Shown: positions 1-9,896 of the stretch, one piece after another
Numbering within the stretch: the stretch's first letter is position 1
How the letters are laid out: each line of letters opens with the position of its first letter
Assembly (NCBI GenBank): GCA_963663475.2
Contig: CAXXJV010000002.1
Span: 96,001-160,000, forward strand
Length of the DNA: 64,000 nucleotides
Source of the DNA: Candidatus Cloacimonadales bacterium
Lineage (GTDB): Bacteria; Cloacimonadota; Cloacimonadia; Cloacimonadales; JAFGVF01
Direction: 5' to 3'
The notes under the pieces: generated by a model
What the model saw: only the letters and a program-made list of their open reading frames with translations
Database searches by the model: none
Told to the model about the DNA's origin: nothing
Made by a program: the position numbers and the translations under genes

Positions 1-2
1 AA

Positions 3-179
3 CTTATTAACGATTATTCATTAGGGACTGTTGCTCCCATCAATAATCATATGAAAATATATCAAGCTCTTTTGCAATTAGATAAACAACAGATAAAAAA
101 AATACCTCAAGATCTTATCTATAATTTCTCTAGGGAAAAGCTAACGAAGGATTTAATAGCTATTTATGAAAAAAATTAA
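3..179 (+). CDS. 3' end of a probable glycosyltransferase (partial, runs off the window start)
   Basis: Frame 3 is open from the window start to TAA 177-179 (...LINDYSLGTVAP...NFSREKLTKDLIAIYEKN), resembling a GT4 C-terminal helix; overlaps the next ATG. Confidence 0.55.
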   Translation, partial: LINDYSLGTVAPINNHMKIYQALLQLDKQQIKKIPQDLIYNFSREKLTKDLIAIYEKN

Positions 180-1245
180 TAAAATATTAATTATGATTAT
201 AGTTTGGGTGTGGTATAAACTCAAATCTCTGATAAAAAGTAATAAAAGGGAATTTTCTAACATACTAATATTAGATCTTATGGGAATTGGAGATGTTGTC
301 TGCTTAACTCCATTTATAGAAAGATTAAAAGAATCTGGACATTTTAATAAGATTACAGCTTGCTTTAGTAATATAGCTACTGACTTATCAAAAAGTTTTG
401 TAAGTGTTGATGACTATATTTATCATAAAGATTATAAGTCAACAATTAAAGCTATAAGACAAGCAAACTTTGATTTGATAATTATTCCAGGCTGGGGTCT
501 AAAACACACAATAATAGCTTTATTATCACGAGCTTCACTAATAGGATATTTACATGATCTAACCTTCTCAAACAGATATATAAACTCATTTAAACTGCAG
601 ACTTTTGGAGCTAAACCATCTTCTCTTTCTCAAAAGTGGACAGATATGGGTAAAGTTCATTTATCACAACGCCCAAATTCAATATTAGAGTATTTTTCTC
701 TAAAACCTATCTCTAATATTTTAGAAATCGACTATACAGAACTAAAAGATACTCAAGAAAACTATGCAGTTTTTCATTGTTCAGCTGATTTTGAAGGAAG
801 ACAATGGGATTTACAGAGATTTAGGGAGTTAGCTGAGAAAATGCTTGATTTAAGTATGGTTGAAAAGATTTATTTGATTGGAGCAGACTATGATGCCCCC
901 AAATATGAAGTTATTACTAGTGACTATATCTTAAATGTAGCTGGTAAGATGAACCTCTTAGAAACTAAGGAACTTATATCAAAAGCTAAGATGTTTGTGG
1001 GCAATGACAGTGGACCTATGCATATTGCTACTTTCTCAAGAGTTCCCACTTATGCTCTAATGGGACCTAACTTGCCAATTATATCAGGAACTATTTCTTC
1101 AATAGGACATAACTTTTTCCACAAGCAAGCCTGCTGTCCCTGTAACCAACGTGGATGCCCTTATGGATATAAATGTATCAAAGCAATAAGCGTTGAAGAA
1201 GTCTTAAACCACATTATTAAGGATTATAAGGTGTACTATGAGTAA
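166..1245 (+). CDS. Glycosyltransferase family 9 (LPS heptosyltransferase-like)
   Basis: GIGDVV N-terminal motif, GNDSGPMHIA motif, C-terminal CxPCx4C cluster typical of GT9. Confidence 0.88.
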   Translation: MKKINKILIMIIVWVWYKLKSLIKSNKREFSNILILDLMGIGDVVCLTPFIERLKESGHFNKITACFSNIATDLSKSFVSVDDYIYHKDYKSTIKAIRQANFDLIIIPGWGLKHTIIALLSRASLIGYLHDLTFSNRYINSFKLQTFGAKPSSLSQKWTDMGKVHLSQRPNSILEYFSLKPISNILEIDYTELKDTQENYAVFHCSADFEGRQWDLQRFRELAEKMLDLSMVEKIYLIGADYDAPKYEVITSDYILNVAGKMNLLETKELISKAKMFVGNDSGPMHIATFSRVPTYALMGPNLPIISGTISSIGHNFFHKQACCPCNQRGCPYGYKCIKAISVEEVLNHIIKDYKVYYE

Positions 1246-2407
1246 AATAAAGGTATTAAGAATTGTTACAAGATTGAGTGTTGGAGGAGTCCCTCTTCAC
1301 TGCTCAAATTTAGCCAAACTATTAGATAAAGATAAATATGAACATTTACTGGTGCACGGCTCTTTAGGTGAATCAGAAGGAGATATGCGCTATCTTATAG
1401 ACGATGAACCAAATGTGTTTATTCCTGAACTAATTAGAGAACTAAGCATTAAACAGGACATCAGAGCCTTTTTTAAGATAGTTAAACTAATCAGAAAATA
1501 TAAACCTGATATTGTTCATACTCATCATGCCAAAGCTGGAATGCTGGGAAGAGCTGCTGCTAAAATGTGTGGTGTTCCTGTTATTATTCATACATTCCAC
1601 GGAAATGTCTTTCAAGGATATTTTAGTCCCCTTAAGTCCAAATTATTTATAAATATAGAAAGGTTCTTAGCCTTAATATCTTCTAAAATAATTGCTATTA
1701 GTAAGATTCAGAAAGAAGAGCTGCTTCAATTTAAAATAGCTCCTGCAAAGAAAATTGAGATCGTCAAATTGGGCTTTAATTTTGCCAATGTAAGGCCGGA
1801 AGCTGATTTTACATCAGATTTTCGAGAGAGATATAATCTTGCTAAAGATGATATTTTAGTAGGAAGTATTGGCAGAGTTGTTCCTATTAAGAATCAAAAA
1901 ATGTTGGTTGATATTGCTGAAAAAGTAATAAAAAGCACAAAAAGAAGTGTGAAATTTGTTATTGTCGGAGATGGTGAAGAGAGAGAAAATATTGCTAATT
2001 ATGTTGCTGAAAAACATTTGCAAGCTTACTTCGTTTTTACAGGATTTACTAGAAATCTTAAAGAAATATATCATGAAATGGATATTGTTGCTTTAACATC
2101 ACTTAATGAAGGAACACCAGTAGCAATTATTGAAGCAATGGCTAATAGGAAAATAGTGTTTTCCACTAATGTTGGCGGAATTGCTGATTTTATTGAAGAT
2201 AACAAATCAGGTTTCTACTTTGATGTTAATGATACTCACGCATATTCACAGAAACTAAGCGAAATAATTAACGTATTTGACTCTAAAGAGTTAGACAATA
2301 TAAGAGAAAAAGCTCATGAAGTAGCTCTCAGTAACTTCTCAGTTCAAAGGTTGATTGCAGATATTGACCATTTATATAGTAAGTTACTGACTAAAAAGCG
2401 AAGATAA
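1238..2407 (+). CDS. Glycosyltransferase family 4
   Basis: PDIVHTH, GRVVPIKN and EGTPVAIIEAMA (Ex7E) motifs. Confidence 0.92.
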   Translation: MSKIKVLRIVTRLSVGGVPLHCSNLAKLLDKDKYEHLLVHGSLGESEGDMRYLIDDEPNVFIPELIRELSIKQDIRAFFKIVKLIRKYKPDIVHTHHAKAGMLGRAAAKMCGVPVIIHTFHGNVFQGYFSPLKSKLFINIERFLALISSKIIAISKIQKEELLQFKIAPAKKIEIVKLGFNFANVRPEADFTSDFRERYNLAKDDILVGSIGRVVPIKNQKMLVDIAEKVIKSTKRSVKFVIVGDGEERENIANYVAEKHLQAYFVFTGFTRNLKEIYHEMDIVALTSLNEGTPVAIIEAMANRKIVFSTNVGGIADFIEDNKSGFYFDVNDTHAYSQKLSEIINVFDSKELDNIREKAHEVALSNFSVQRLIADIDHLYSKLLTKKRR

Positions 2408-2439
2408 ACGCTAATCTGCTTTATTAGATAGGAGGAGAT

Positions 2440-3435
2440 ATGAAAATATTAATAACTGGATCAACTGGATTTGTGGGTTCTAGATTAATGTGGTTTTTAG
2501 AAGACAAAGGCCATCAGGTTTATGGAATAGATATTACTGAGCATTGCTTAAGAGATAAACATCCACAAACTCTAGTTGGTGATATAAGAAATATTGATGA
2601 TTTTGCTTCTTTCAGGAAAATTGGTATTGATATGATTATTCATTGTGCAGCTTCAAAACATGATTTCGGAATATCTAAAGAAGAGTATTATTCAAATAAT
2701 GAATATGGTACTGAAATTGTTATGAAGTTTGCAGCAGAAGAAGGTATTAAAAAGATAATTTACTACTCTACAGTTTCTGTTTATGGACACAAAGCAGTTC
2801 CATGTGGTGAAGATGGTCCATTATGCCCAGATAATGAATATGGGGCAAGTAAGCTTGCTGGTGAAAAGGTTATTGAAAAATATGTCGCAAAAGACAGAAG
2901 TTTAGAAATCATTTTTTTACGCCCTTCTATTATTTATGGACCTAACAATTTTGCTAATATGTATAATCTAATTTCTATGCAAAACAAGAGAATTTGGGTA
3001 ACTATTGGTGATGGTTCACACATTAAATCTATGGTATCTTTGGAAAATCTGATTGATATGACCTATTGGTCTTTCGGACGCCTAAAGCCAGGTATTCAAA
3101 TATATAATACTCTTGATAAACCCTATATTTCTGTAAAAGAACTAATGGATATAATAGCATCCCATGAAGGATTTTATCAGCCTGCTTGTAAAGTGCCTTT
3201 AGGATTTGTCTTACTTGTTGGGAAATTTTTTGATATTATTGCAAAAGTTCTCAACAAAGATTTACCAATCAATAGCGATAGAATGCAAAAATTTGCAACT
3301 TCAACTGAATATTATTCTGAAAAGATTAGGGAAGATGGGTTTATTCAAAAATATTCAACCCAAGATGAACTGAAAAGAACTATCGAATGGTATAACCAGA
3401 ATAAACATAGAAGAAAAGAATTAGATGTTCATTAG
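2440..3435 (+). CDS. NAD-dependent epimerase/dehydratase (extended SDR, sugar 4-epimerase-like)
   Basis: TGSTGFVG Rossmann motif, YGASK catalytic motif, GGAGGAG RBS. Confidence 0.88.
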   Translation: MKILITGSTGFVGSRLMWFLEDKGHQVYGIDITEHCLRDKHPQTLVGDIRNIDDFASFRKIGIDMIIHCAASKHDFGISKEEYYSNNEYGTEIVMKFAAEEGIKKIIYYSTVSVYGHKAVPCGEDGPLCPDNEYGASKLAGEKVIEKYVAKDRSLEIIFLRPSIIYGPNNFANMYNLISMQNKRIWVTIGDGSHIKSMVSLENLIDMTYWSFGRLKPGIQIYNTLDKPYISVKELMDIIASHEGFYQPACKVPLGFVLLVGKFFDIIAKVLNKDLPINSDRMQKFATSTEYYSEKIREDGFIQKYSTQDELKRTIEWYNQNKHRRKELDVH

Positions 3436-3531
3436 AATATCAAAATATATTGATTATGTGTAAAAACTTATTGACAAGTTTATATTAATAAACTTTTATA
3501 TAAATAATGAGTATTGAATAGAGGAGTATCA

Positions 3532-4566
3532 ATGAAAAAAATTAGATTAGGTCTTATTGGTTGTGGAAGAATTTCTAAAAATCATTTTGAATCTATTAAA
3601 CAAATTGAGGAAGCTCAATTTGTAACTTGCTGTGATATTATTGAAAAGAGAGCTAAAGAAGCTCAAGAAACATACAATTTAGATAGCTATTATACAGACT
3701 ATATAGAAATGTTGGAGAATGAAGATCTTGATGCAGTTTCTATCTGTACTCCAAGTGGAATTCATCCTCAAATAGGTATTGAAGTAGCCAAAAGAAATAT
3801 CCATGTGATTACAGAAAAACCAATGGCTATTAATATAAAAGATGCTGATTCTCTAATTCATGCTTGTGATAAATACAAAGTACATCTATTTGTGGTAAAG
3901 CAAAACAGATTAAATGCTACCATGCAACTTTTAAAAAGAGCTATAGATAAGGACCGTTTTGGTAGAATTTATATGGTTCAATCTAACGTATTTTGGACTC
4001 GTCCACAAAGCTATTATGATATGGCTAAATGGCGTGGAACTTGGGAGTTTGATGGTGGTGCTTTCATGAACCAAGCAAGTCATTATGTTGATGCTATGTA
4101 CTGGTTAATCGGCAATGTTGATTCTGTTATGGCTGAAACTGCAACCATGGAAAGAAAGATTGAAGCTGAAGATACTGGCTCAGTGATTATCAAATATAGA
4201 AATGGTGTTATTGGTACAATGAATGTGACTATGTTAACTTATCCAAAGAATTTTGAAGGTTCTATAACTATTTTAGGAGAAAAAGGAACTGTCAAAATTG
4301 GTGGAGTCGCTATCAATAAAATAGAAAAATGGGAATTTGAAGATTATGATGATGATGATAAGATGGTTGAAGAAGCATCTTACTCTACAACTAGCGTGTA
4401 TGGCTTTGGCCATATCCCTTATTATCGTAATGTAATTGATGTTCTGCTTGGGAAATGCGAACCTTCTACTGATGGTAGATGTGGTAGAAAATCTTTAGAG
4501 ATTATCCAAGCTCTTTATAAATCAGCAAAAACTGGAGAAAAAGTTAGTCTTCCCTTAAATATTTAG
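3532..4566 (+). CDS. Gfo/Idh/MocA oxidoreductase, WlbA/WbpB-like UDP-GlcNAcA 3-dehydrogenase
   Basis: GCGRIS, EKPMA, VVKQNR, WRGTWEFDGGAFMNQASHYVD; start placed at ATG 3532 after GAGGAG. Confidence 0.85.
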   Translation: MKKIRLGLIGCGRISKNHFESIKQIEEAQFVTCCDIIEKRAKEAQETYNLDSYYTDYIEMLENEDLDAVSICTPSGIHPQIGIEVAKRNIHVITEKPMAINIKDADSLIHACDKYKVHLFVVKQNRLNATMQLLKRAIDKDRFGRIYMVQSNVFWTRPQSYYDMAKWRGTWEFDGGAFMNQASHYVDAMYWLIGNVDSVMAETATMERKIEAEDTGSVIIKYRNGVIGTMNVTMLTYPKNFEGSITILGEKGTVKIGGVAINKIEKWEFEDYDDDDKMVEEASYSTTSVYGFGHIPYYRNVIDVLLGKCEPSTDGRCGRKSLEIIQALYKSAKTGEKVSLPLNI

Positions 4567-4636
4567 TTTAATTTTTTCTTGACATAGATACTAATCAAAT
4601 AAAAGTAAAAATATAAAAAATGTTAGGAGGCCTATT

Positions 4637-4807
4637 ATGGCAGTTAAAATTGACAAATCTACTTGTATTGGATGCGGTGCTTGTGTTGATGTATGTCCTG
4701 TTCAAGCACTTTCAATGGTTGATGACAAAGCAGTTGTTGATGAAGCAACTTGTATTGACTGCGGTGCATGTATCTCTACATGTCCTGTAAGTGCAATTTC
4801 TGAATAA
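4637..4807 (+). CDS. 2[4Fe-4S] ferredoxin, 56 aa (absent from the ORF track)
   Basis: MAVKIDKSTCIGCGACVDVCPVQALSMVDDKAVVDEATCIDCGACISTCPVSAISE: two CxxCxxCxxxCP motifs, AGGAGG RBS, terminator downstream. Confidence 0.96.
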   Translation: MAVKIDKSTCIGCGACVDVCPVQALSMVDDKAVVDEATCIDCGACISTCPVSAISE

Positions 4808-4828
4808 TTATAATCATATCTACAATAT

Positions 4829-4857
4829 GAGGCTGAAGTATTTCAGCCTCTTTTTTT
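4829..4857 (+). terminator. Intrinsic terminator after ferredoxin
   Basis: GAGGCTGAA-gtat-TTCAGCCTC followed by a T run. Confidence 0.85.
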
Positions 4858-4864
4858 CTTGTAG

Positions 4865-4943
4865 CATGACTTATCCTTCCTTTACACTCTTTCGATGAAA
4901 GTCCCACTTTCATCGAAAGAGTGTAAAGGAAGGATAAGTCATG
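4865..4943. repeat. Perfect 38-bp inverted repeat with 3-nt loop (palindrome family, copy 1)
   Basis: CATGACTTATCCTTCCTTTACACTCTTTCGATGAAAGT-ccc-exact reverse complement; related copy at 33172-33232. Confidence 0.92.
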
Positions 4944-4959
4944 GATAAGGGTAAAATTA

Positions 4960-5055
4960 ACCTAAAATAATGCAGTTGGTCTTTGAGGATAGCAGAATAT
5001 TCTTTTGCTAAAAGAATCTAGCAGACTTCATCAAAGTTCTACTGCATCATTCCGT
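4960..5055. mobile_element. Hairpin MITE family, internally deleted copy (96 bp)
   Basis: ACCTAAAATAATGCAG...CTACTGCATCATTCCGT, flanked by TTA/TTA. Confidence 0.75.
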
Positions 5056-5063
5056 TTAATTTG

Positions 5064-7184
5064 TTATTTGAGCAAGAGAGCTTTTTTAATAACTTCCTGT
5101 TTATCAGATTTATATTTAAAGAAGTAGATACCGGAAGCAACTCTTGTTCGTCTTTGATTTCTACCATCCCAAACAATTTTCTCCTGGTCAATATTATGAT
5201 AAGTTTTTACTATCTGTCCTTTGATATTGTAGATAATAAGCTGATTATTATTACTATCAATAGGAAGTTTGAGAGTAACTTCTGGATTAAAGGGATTAGG
5301 GTAAAGTAACATATCAGTTAAAGAGGCTTGGCTATCAGTCTCATTACTAAGAGCTTGCAATTCAAGAGGACCTAAATCTAAACCACCATTAAAAAATCTA
5401 CTATTCCCCATTATATCAAGTTGGGGAACTTGTAATTGATAGGGGATATCACTAGTCGCAGAATCAATAATTTCGGGGTTAAGACTAAAGTTATAGATTC
5501 CGTTATCATCAATCTCAAAAGCAAGTTCATTTACAAATATATTGTTTAATCCAAAAGAAAAATCCAAAGCATTGAATCTAGTATGATAGGCTTTAGCTGA
5601 AAATAATTGATTATCCATGAAGAAGTTATCAATATTCTGATAAATAATATTATTATAAATAATAGCTTTTGAAATATAAGTTTCAATTATTCCAGTTGAG
5701 TGGAAATCATCAGTATTCAAGACTTCATTATTACAGATAGTATTGTTTATAATTCTGGGATTTGAATAATTTATTAAAGCAAAAGAGCCTCCTAGCTCTG
5801 CTTTATTATCATTAACCTGATTGTTAATAAATGAAATATTAGAATCTTTATTTAAGGCTAAAACGCTTCCATAGTTGGCATAATTATATCTAAAAATCGA
5901 ATTTTCTATTCTTATTTTATCGAAATCATAGACATTGAAAACAGCTCCCGCATCAGTAAAAGAACTTTGCTGGTTAGCAAGAGCTTTTGCATATTCAAAA
6001 ATAGCATATTGAAAAAGTGAAGCTTGGTTACTATCATTAGTCTGGTTATATTTAAAACCATTCCAACATCCTGCTAAATCATTATCATAAGTAAAAAGAT
6101 AAGGGTCTGCTGCTGTGAAAGTAATTCTCTCATCAGCATTTCCTTGAGCAAGAAGAGTGCCTTGGACATCAATATGATAAAATTCATTAAAACTAATATT
6201 AGCTCCTGGAGAAAAAGCTAAAGTTACACCATTTTCTATTAGAACATTATCAGTAACTTGGATATCCAAAGAAGTTAAAAGTAGAGATTCAGAGATGGTT
6301 CCAGACAAAGTAGTCCTATCATCAGGAGTTAAATCTCTTTTATGTTTATTTTCTGATGTATATAGCTTACCAGTATCAAAAGTTTGGCATCCATATCCTA
6401 TAGCTGGGCTATTAGCCTGTAAAGTATAGTCTCCATTTACAGGGTCAGTTAATAATGGATCTAGCATAGAAATATTATTATAAGAGCTGGCATCCTGCCA
6501 AGTAGCTGGAGCAACTCAGCCATAGTCACAGAAAAGGCCATAATGATTCATAGCTATTTCATTAGCCCGCCAATCACTAAAATAAGACCAATTATCTGAA
6601 ACAGTAGGTGGCCCATAAGTCTCAATAAAAATTGTAGAGACAAGGTTATGGCCAGTTGGTAGCCATTCAAGACTTTCACTTGTATAATTAACAAAATCAT
6701 CACCAGTTGAATATGTATCTACAAAGATGTTATTAGTAATAGAAATACCTTGTCCTGCTGAATGAATTCTAACTGCATAATCTTCAGCATGATAAAAGGT
6801 TACGTGGCTTACAGATCCTTGAGGTATAAGATTAGTCCCTTCTGTAGAACCCCTAAATTTTACACCACCATTAATTATTACGCAGTCACTAATATCTAAT
6901 CTTTTATCAGTATATTGAATAGTGATAAAGCCTCCCTGTAAATCAAGGATAGCACCATTACCTATAATATTCACATTAGCACCCAAGGTATCTGTAAAGG
7001 TTCCAGGAATATGGTTATAGAGACCTCCAATAAGCAAAGAGCCTGTATAGACTTGGCCAGTATTTAGAATCAGCACTTTGTCATAAAGAGCTGTACCCTC
7101 AGCGTTATCATAAACTTCTTTTAAGCTTGTTCCATTTAGCAGAACAGCTAATATTAATAGCATTGTAGTTAGATATATTTTCAT
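5064..7184 (-). CDS. Secreted beta-helix-type protein with C-terminal FlgD-Ig/T9SS-like domain; single frame with in-frame TGA at 6518-6516 (candidate Sec/readthrough, 706 aa)
   Basis: Track ORFs 6516-7184 and 5064-6467 share a frame and the 16 intervening codons are open (VAPATWQDASSYNNIS). The signal peptide is only on the first part, the YPNPFNP domain only on the second, and there is no SD before ATG 6467. Confidence 0.72.
6484..6518 (-). promoter_or_regulatory. Candidate bacterial SECIS-like hairpin directly 3' of the in-frame UGA
   Basis: mRNA UGA-GUUGCUCCAGCUACU-UGGCA-GGA-UGCCA-GCUC; apical loop starts with G, 20 nt after the UGA. Confidence 0.5.
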
Positions 7185-7193
7185 CTTATTTTC

Positions 7194-7721
7194 CTATTTC
7201 ATTAAATGTATCTTGCGTATTTTAGAATATCCTTGAGGAGAAGATACTTTGTAAAAATATATTCCGCTATGACAAGTATTCCCCTCATTGTCTTTTCCAT
7301 CCCAATCTAAGCTATGATGTCCTTGAGAAAACTCTTTCTTAACTAGATCCCTTACTAAATGGCCTTTCATATCATAAATCTTTACTTCTATTAAAGCACT
7401 TTTAGGAAGAGAAAAATAAATGTTAGCTTCAGGACTAAAAGGATTTGGATAATAAGCCTCATTAGATATTATATTTTCTTTGTATTCAGCTTCTTGGAGT
7501 AACTCAGTCTTCCTACTAACATCTACAATATCTAGGGTATCGGATATAGTAGTTGAATCAATGTTACTTTTGGCAGAGTATATGTTTAAACTATCAGGAG
7601 AAACTGAGTTAGTAGATGTTAAAGAAGAATAATATCTCATGGAAGTAAAAGAATTATCTTTACAAGCAATAAGGTAGAATATTATAAATAATGCTAAACC
7701 AAGTATAAGTGCTTTTTTCAT
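7194..7721 (-). CDS. Putative lipoprotein with FlgD-Ig/T9SS-like C-terminal domain
   Basis: LIAC lipobox-like site; YPNPFSP...IYDMKG...WDGKD...SGIYFY; start set at ATG 7721 after GGAG. Confidence 0.8.
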   Translation of the reverse strand: MKKALILGLALFIIFYLIACKDNSFTSMRYYSSLTSTNSVSPDSLNIYSAKSNIDSTTISDTLDIVDVSRKTELLQEAEYKENIISNEAYYPNPFSPEANIYFSLPKSALIEVKIYDMKGHLVRDLVKKEFSQGHHSLDWDGKDNEGNTCHSGIYFYKVSSPQGYSKIRKIHLMK

Positions 7722-7800
7722 TATAACTCCTTTTTTATAAGACAAGCAAGTAAGGTAAGAGTCAGCAAATCTACTTTAGATGTTATAAGAATCTCTTATT

Positions 7801-8973
7801 TTATTTAATCTTAATCTGTTTAATTACTGTCACTTCTCCCAGTGAATTTTCAAACTTAAATAAATAAATTCCACTAGAGAAATTAGTAAGCTTAAGATTT
7901 GAAGTTTTAGAGGAGTTTACTCGGGAAGAATATATCTTTTGTCCTTTAATATTATAAATACTTATTTTCTCGATTAGATTTTTTGAAGAAAAATTAACTT
8001 CATCAATAAAAGGATTAGGATAAAGAGAAACAATAAAATCATTAGCAATAACATCATTATCTGAGTTATTAACTACTTCTTCATAATTATAATCGTATTT
8101 ATAGGAGTTGTTCCATATTTGATTTTCATTATCCCATAACTTGGATATAAGCTGGCTAGTATTCAAATTATCATTATAGTAATACTGGTAGTTATCATAG
8201 TATTGCCATTGATTATCAGCAAAAGTTATCCCTTCAGTGTAATTTATAAGGCCATTTGTATCGTAAGTATGATTATATTGAAGATAACTTAGCCAAGTTG
8301 TTTCAGACCATGATTGCCAGTCTTCATGAATAATTGAACCACTATCATTACGCTGATAAATACCTTTAATATAGTTGTTCCAGTTAACATCATCAGTTGA
8401 GTAAGTCCAAGTCTCAACTTCTACTCTCCCTTGACTATCATATTCATAAGCTACATCATAAATAGCATCAATTTCTTTGGCTGAAGAGAAGTAAGTCCAT
8501 TCTTCATTAATAAGAAAACCCTCATTATCATAGATATAATCAATATGTAAATATGGTTGCCAAGTGTCATTAGACCAGAAGTCTTGCTGATAAGTAAGAA
8601 TTAAATCTTCTTCATTATATGTATAAGTTTCTTGTTGATAATTTATCCAACCATTATCATAAATTTGATAGATTTCTTGAAGTATTCTATCTTCTTGGTA
8701 AGTATAAATATAATTTTCAATTTCTAACCAGTTATCTTCTATATTTTGCTTTACAAGTACAGATTCTAAGCTTGCATCTTGATAGCTATATTCAGCTTTA
8801 TAAGTTTCAATAAAATCATAAGTTAAGCTATCAGCTAGACTATAGATATAACTTACAAGGTGGTCATCTCTAAGAGGTGATTTATGCTTAATTTCTGGTT
8901 TTTTTAGTATATTAAGACTCCACAGAGAAGTCATAAGAAATATAATAAACAAGAAGAGGGAAAGTTTCTTCAT
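7801..8973 (-). CDS. Secreted repeat protein with T9SS type-A-like C-terminal domain
   Basis: Signal peptide; repeated W-x5/6-YxYD/N-x2-G units; YPNPF...IYNIKGQ...SGIYL tail. Confidence 0.78.
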   Translation of the reverse strand: MKKLSLFLFIIFLMTSLWSLNILKKPEIKHKSPLRDDHLVSYIYSLADSLTYDFIETYKAEYSYQDASLESVLVKQNIEDNWLEIENYIYTYQEDRILQEIYQIYDNGWINYQQETYTYNEEDLILTYQQDFWSNDTWQPYLHIDYIYDNEGFLINEEWTYFSSAKEIDAIYDVAYEYDSQGRVEVETWTYSTDDVNWNNYIKGIYQRNDSGSIIHEDWQSWSETTWLSYLQYNHTYDTNGLINYTEGITFADNQWQYYDNYQYYYNDNLNTSQLISKLWDNENQIWNNSYKYDYNYEEVVNNSDNDVIANDFIVSLYPNPFIDEVNFSSKNLIEKISIYNIKGQKIYSSRVNSSKTSNLKLTNFSSGIYLFKFENSLGEVTVIKQIKIK

Positions 8974-9896
8974 TAGTTTTCTCCAACATTTTTTTCTATA
9001 ATAAAACGACCTTGATTATTGACAAGTAAAATTATACAATTACCAAAGATAGTATATTGGTCAGGATTATTTAATTCTTCATCATAATGGAATATTAGCT
9101 GGCTTCCATTAGGAAGAATCTGCTTCACAAGTAAATTAGCTGAGTCTAAATCAGCTTCTACAGGTATATATAATATAGGGTAGAGGTCTTGTCCTGGATT
9201 GTTTATTACCATATTGAAAGATACAGGGAAATCACTGAGTTTGAGGTCATATTCTGCTAAAAAAGATGAAGTTTTTCTCTCTAAAGTGATTTGAGAAACT
9301 CCTAGAGGAAGTAAATTTCTCGGAAGAATAAACTGGGCTTGATAAAGAGATAAATTAATGTCATCAGTATCAGCAGGATCAATGACTAAAGTAACTGAAC
9401 TCGTAGCTTCATTTTCATAAAGTGTTTGATAAAATCCACTATCACTGAGGATAAAATAACAAAAGTCATTCTCTAAGTATGCTCCGAAACCATTAATACT
9501 ATCAGACTTTGGATAAGGATAAAAACGTGAGTAAGCACCTTGATACTTAAGACCTAAATAAGTGAAATCATCTGTTGGAATAGCAATTATCGGTGTAAAA
9601 TCAGAAGTTGTTACTAGGTCATTTTCCTTATTAATTAGTTCAATTAGATAAGAATAGGAAGTATTAGTGAAGTTGTAAAAATCAGCAATAAAGGAAAAAT
9701 CATTACTTTCTCTTAGCTGAACTCTTATTAACAAAGAATCATTCTCTGTTGGGTATATTCCTTCAGAAGTAATATAGATAGCTTGATCTATTAAATCAAA
9801 AGGAGATAGACCAGCAGGTAAGCTCTCATCTTCTCTAAGATTACAGCCTATAAACAAGAAGGAAATTAGACTTAATAAAAGAAATCTAAAATACAT
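8973..9896 (-). CDS. Hypothetical lipoprotein
   Basis: Hydrophobic N-terminus ending FIGC; overlaps both neighbours. Confidence 0.7.
   Translation of the reverse strand: MYFRFLLLSLISFLFIGCNLREDESLPAGLSPFDLIDQAIYITSEGIYPTENDSLLIRVQLRESNDFSFIADFYNFTNTSYSYLIELINKENDLVTTSDFTPIIAIPTDDFTYLGLKYQGAYSRFYPYPKSDSINGFGAYLENDFCYFILSDSGFYQTLYENEATSSVTLVIDPADTDDINLSLYQAQFILPRNLLPLGVSQITLERKTSSFLAEYDLKLSDFPVSFNMVINNPGQDLYPILYIPVEADLDSANLLVKQILPNGSQLIFHYDEELNNPDQYTIFGNCIILLVNNQGRFIIEKNVGEN

Noticed and set aside
5064-6467. Independent gene starting at ATG 6467
   Set aside because: No SD, no signal peptide, start lies mid-motif, and the frame is open back to the upstream TGA; treated as the 3' part of 5064-7184.
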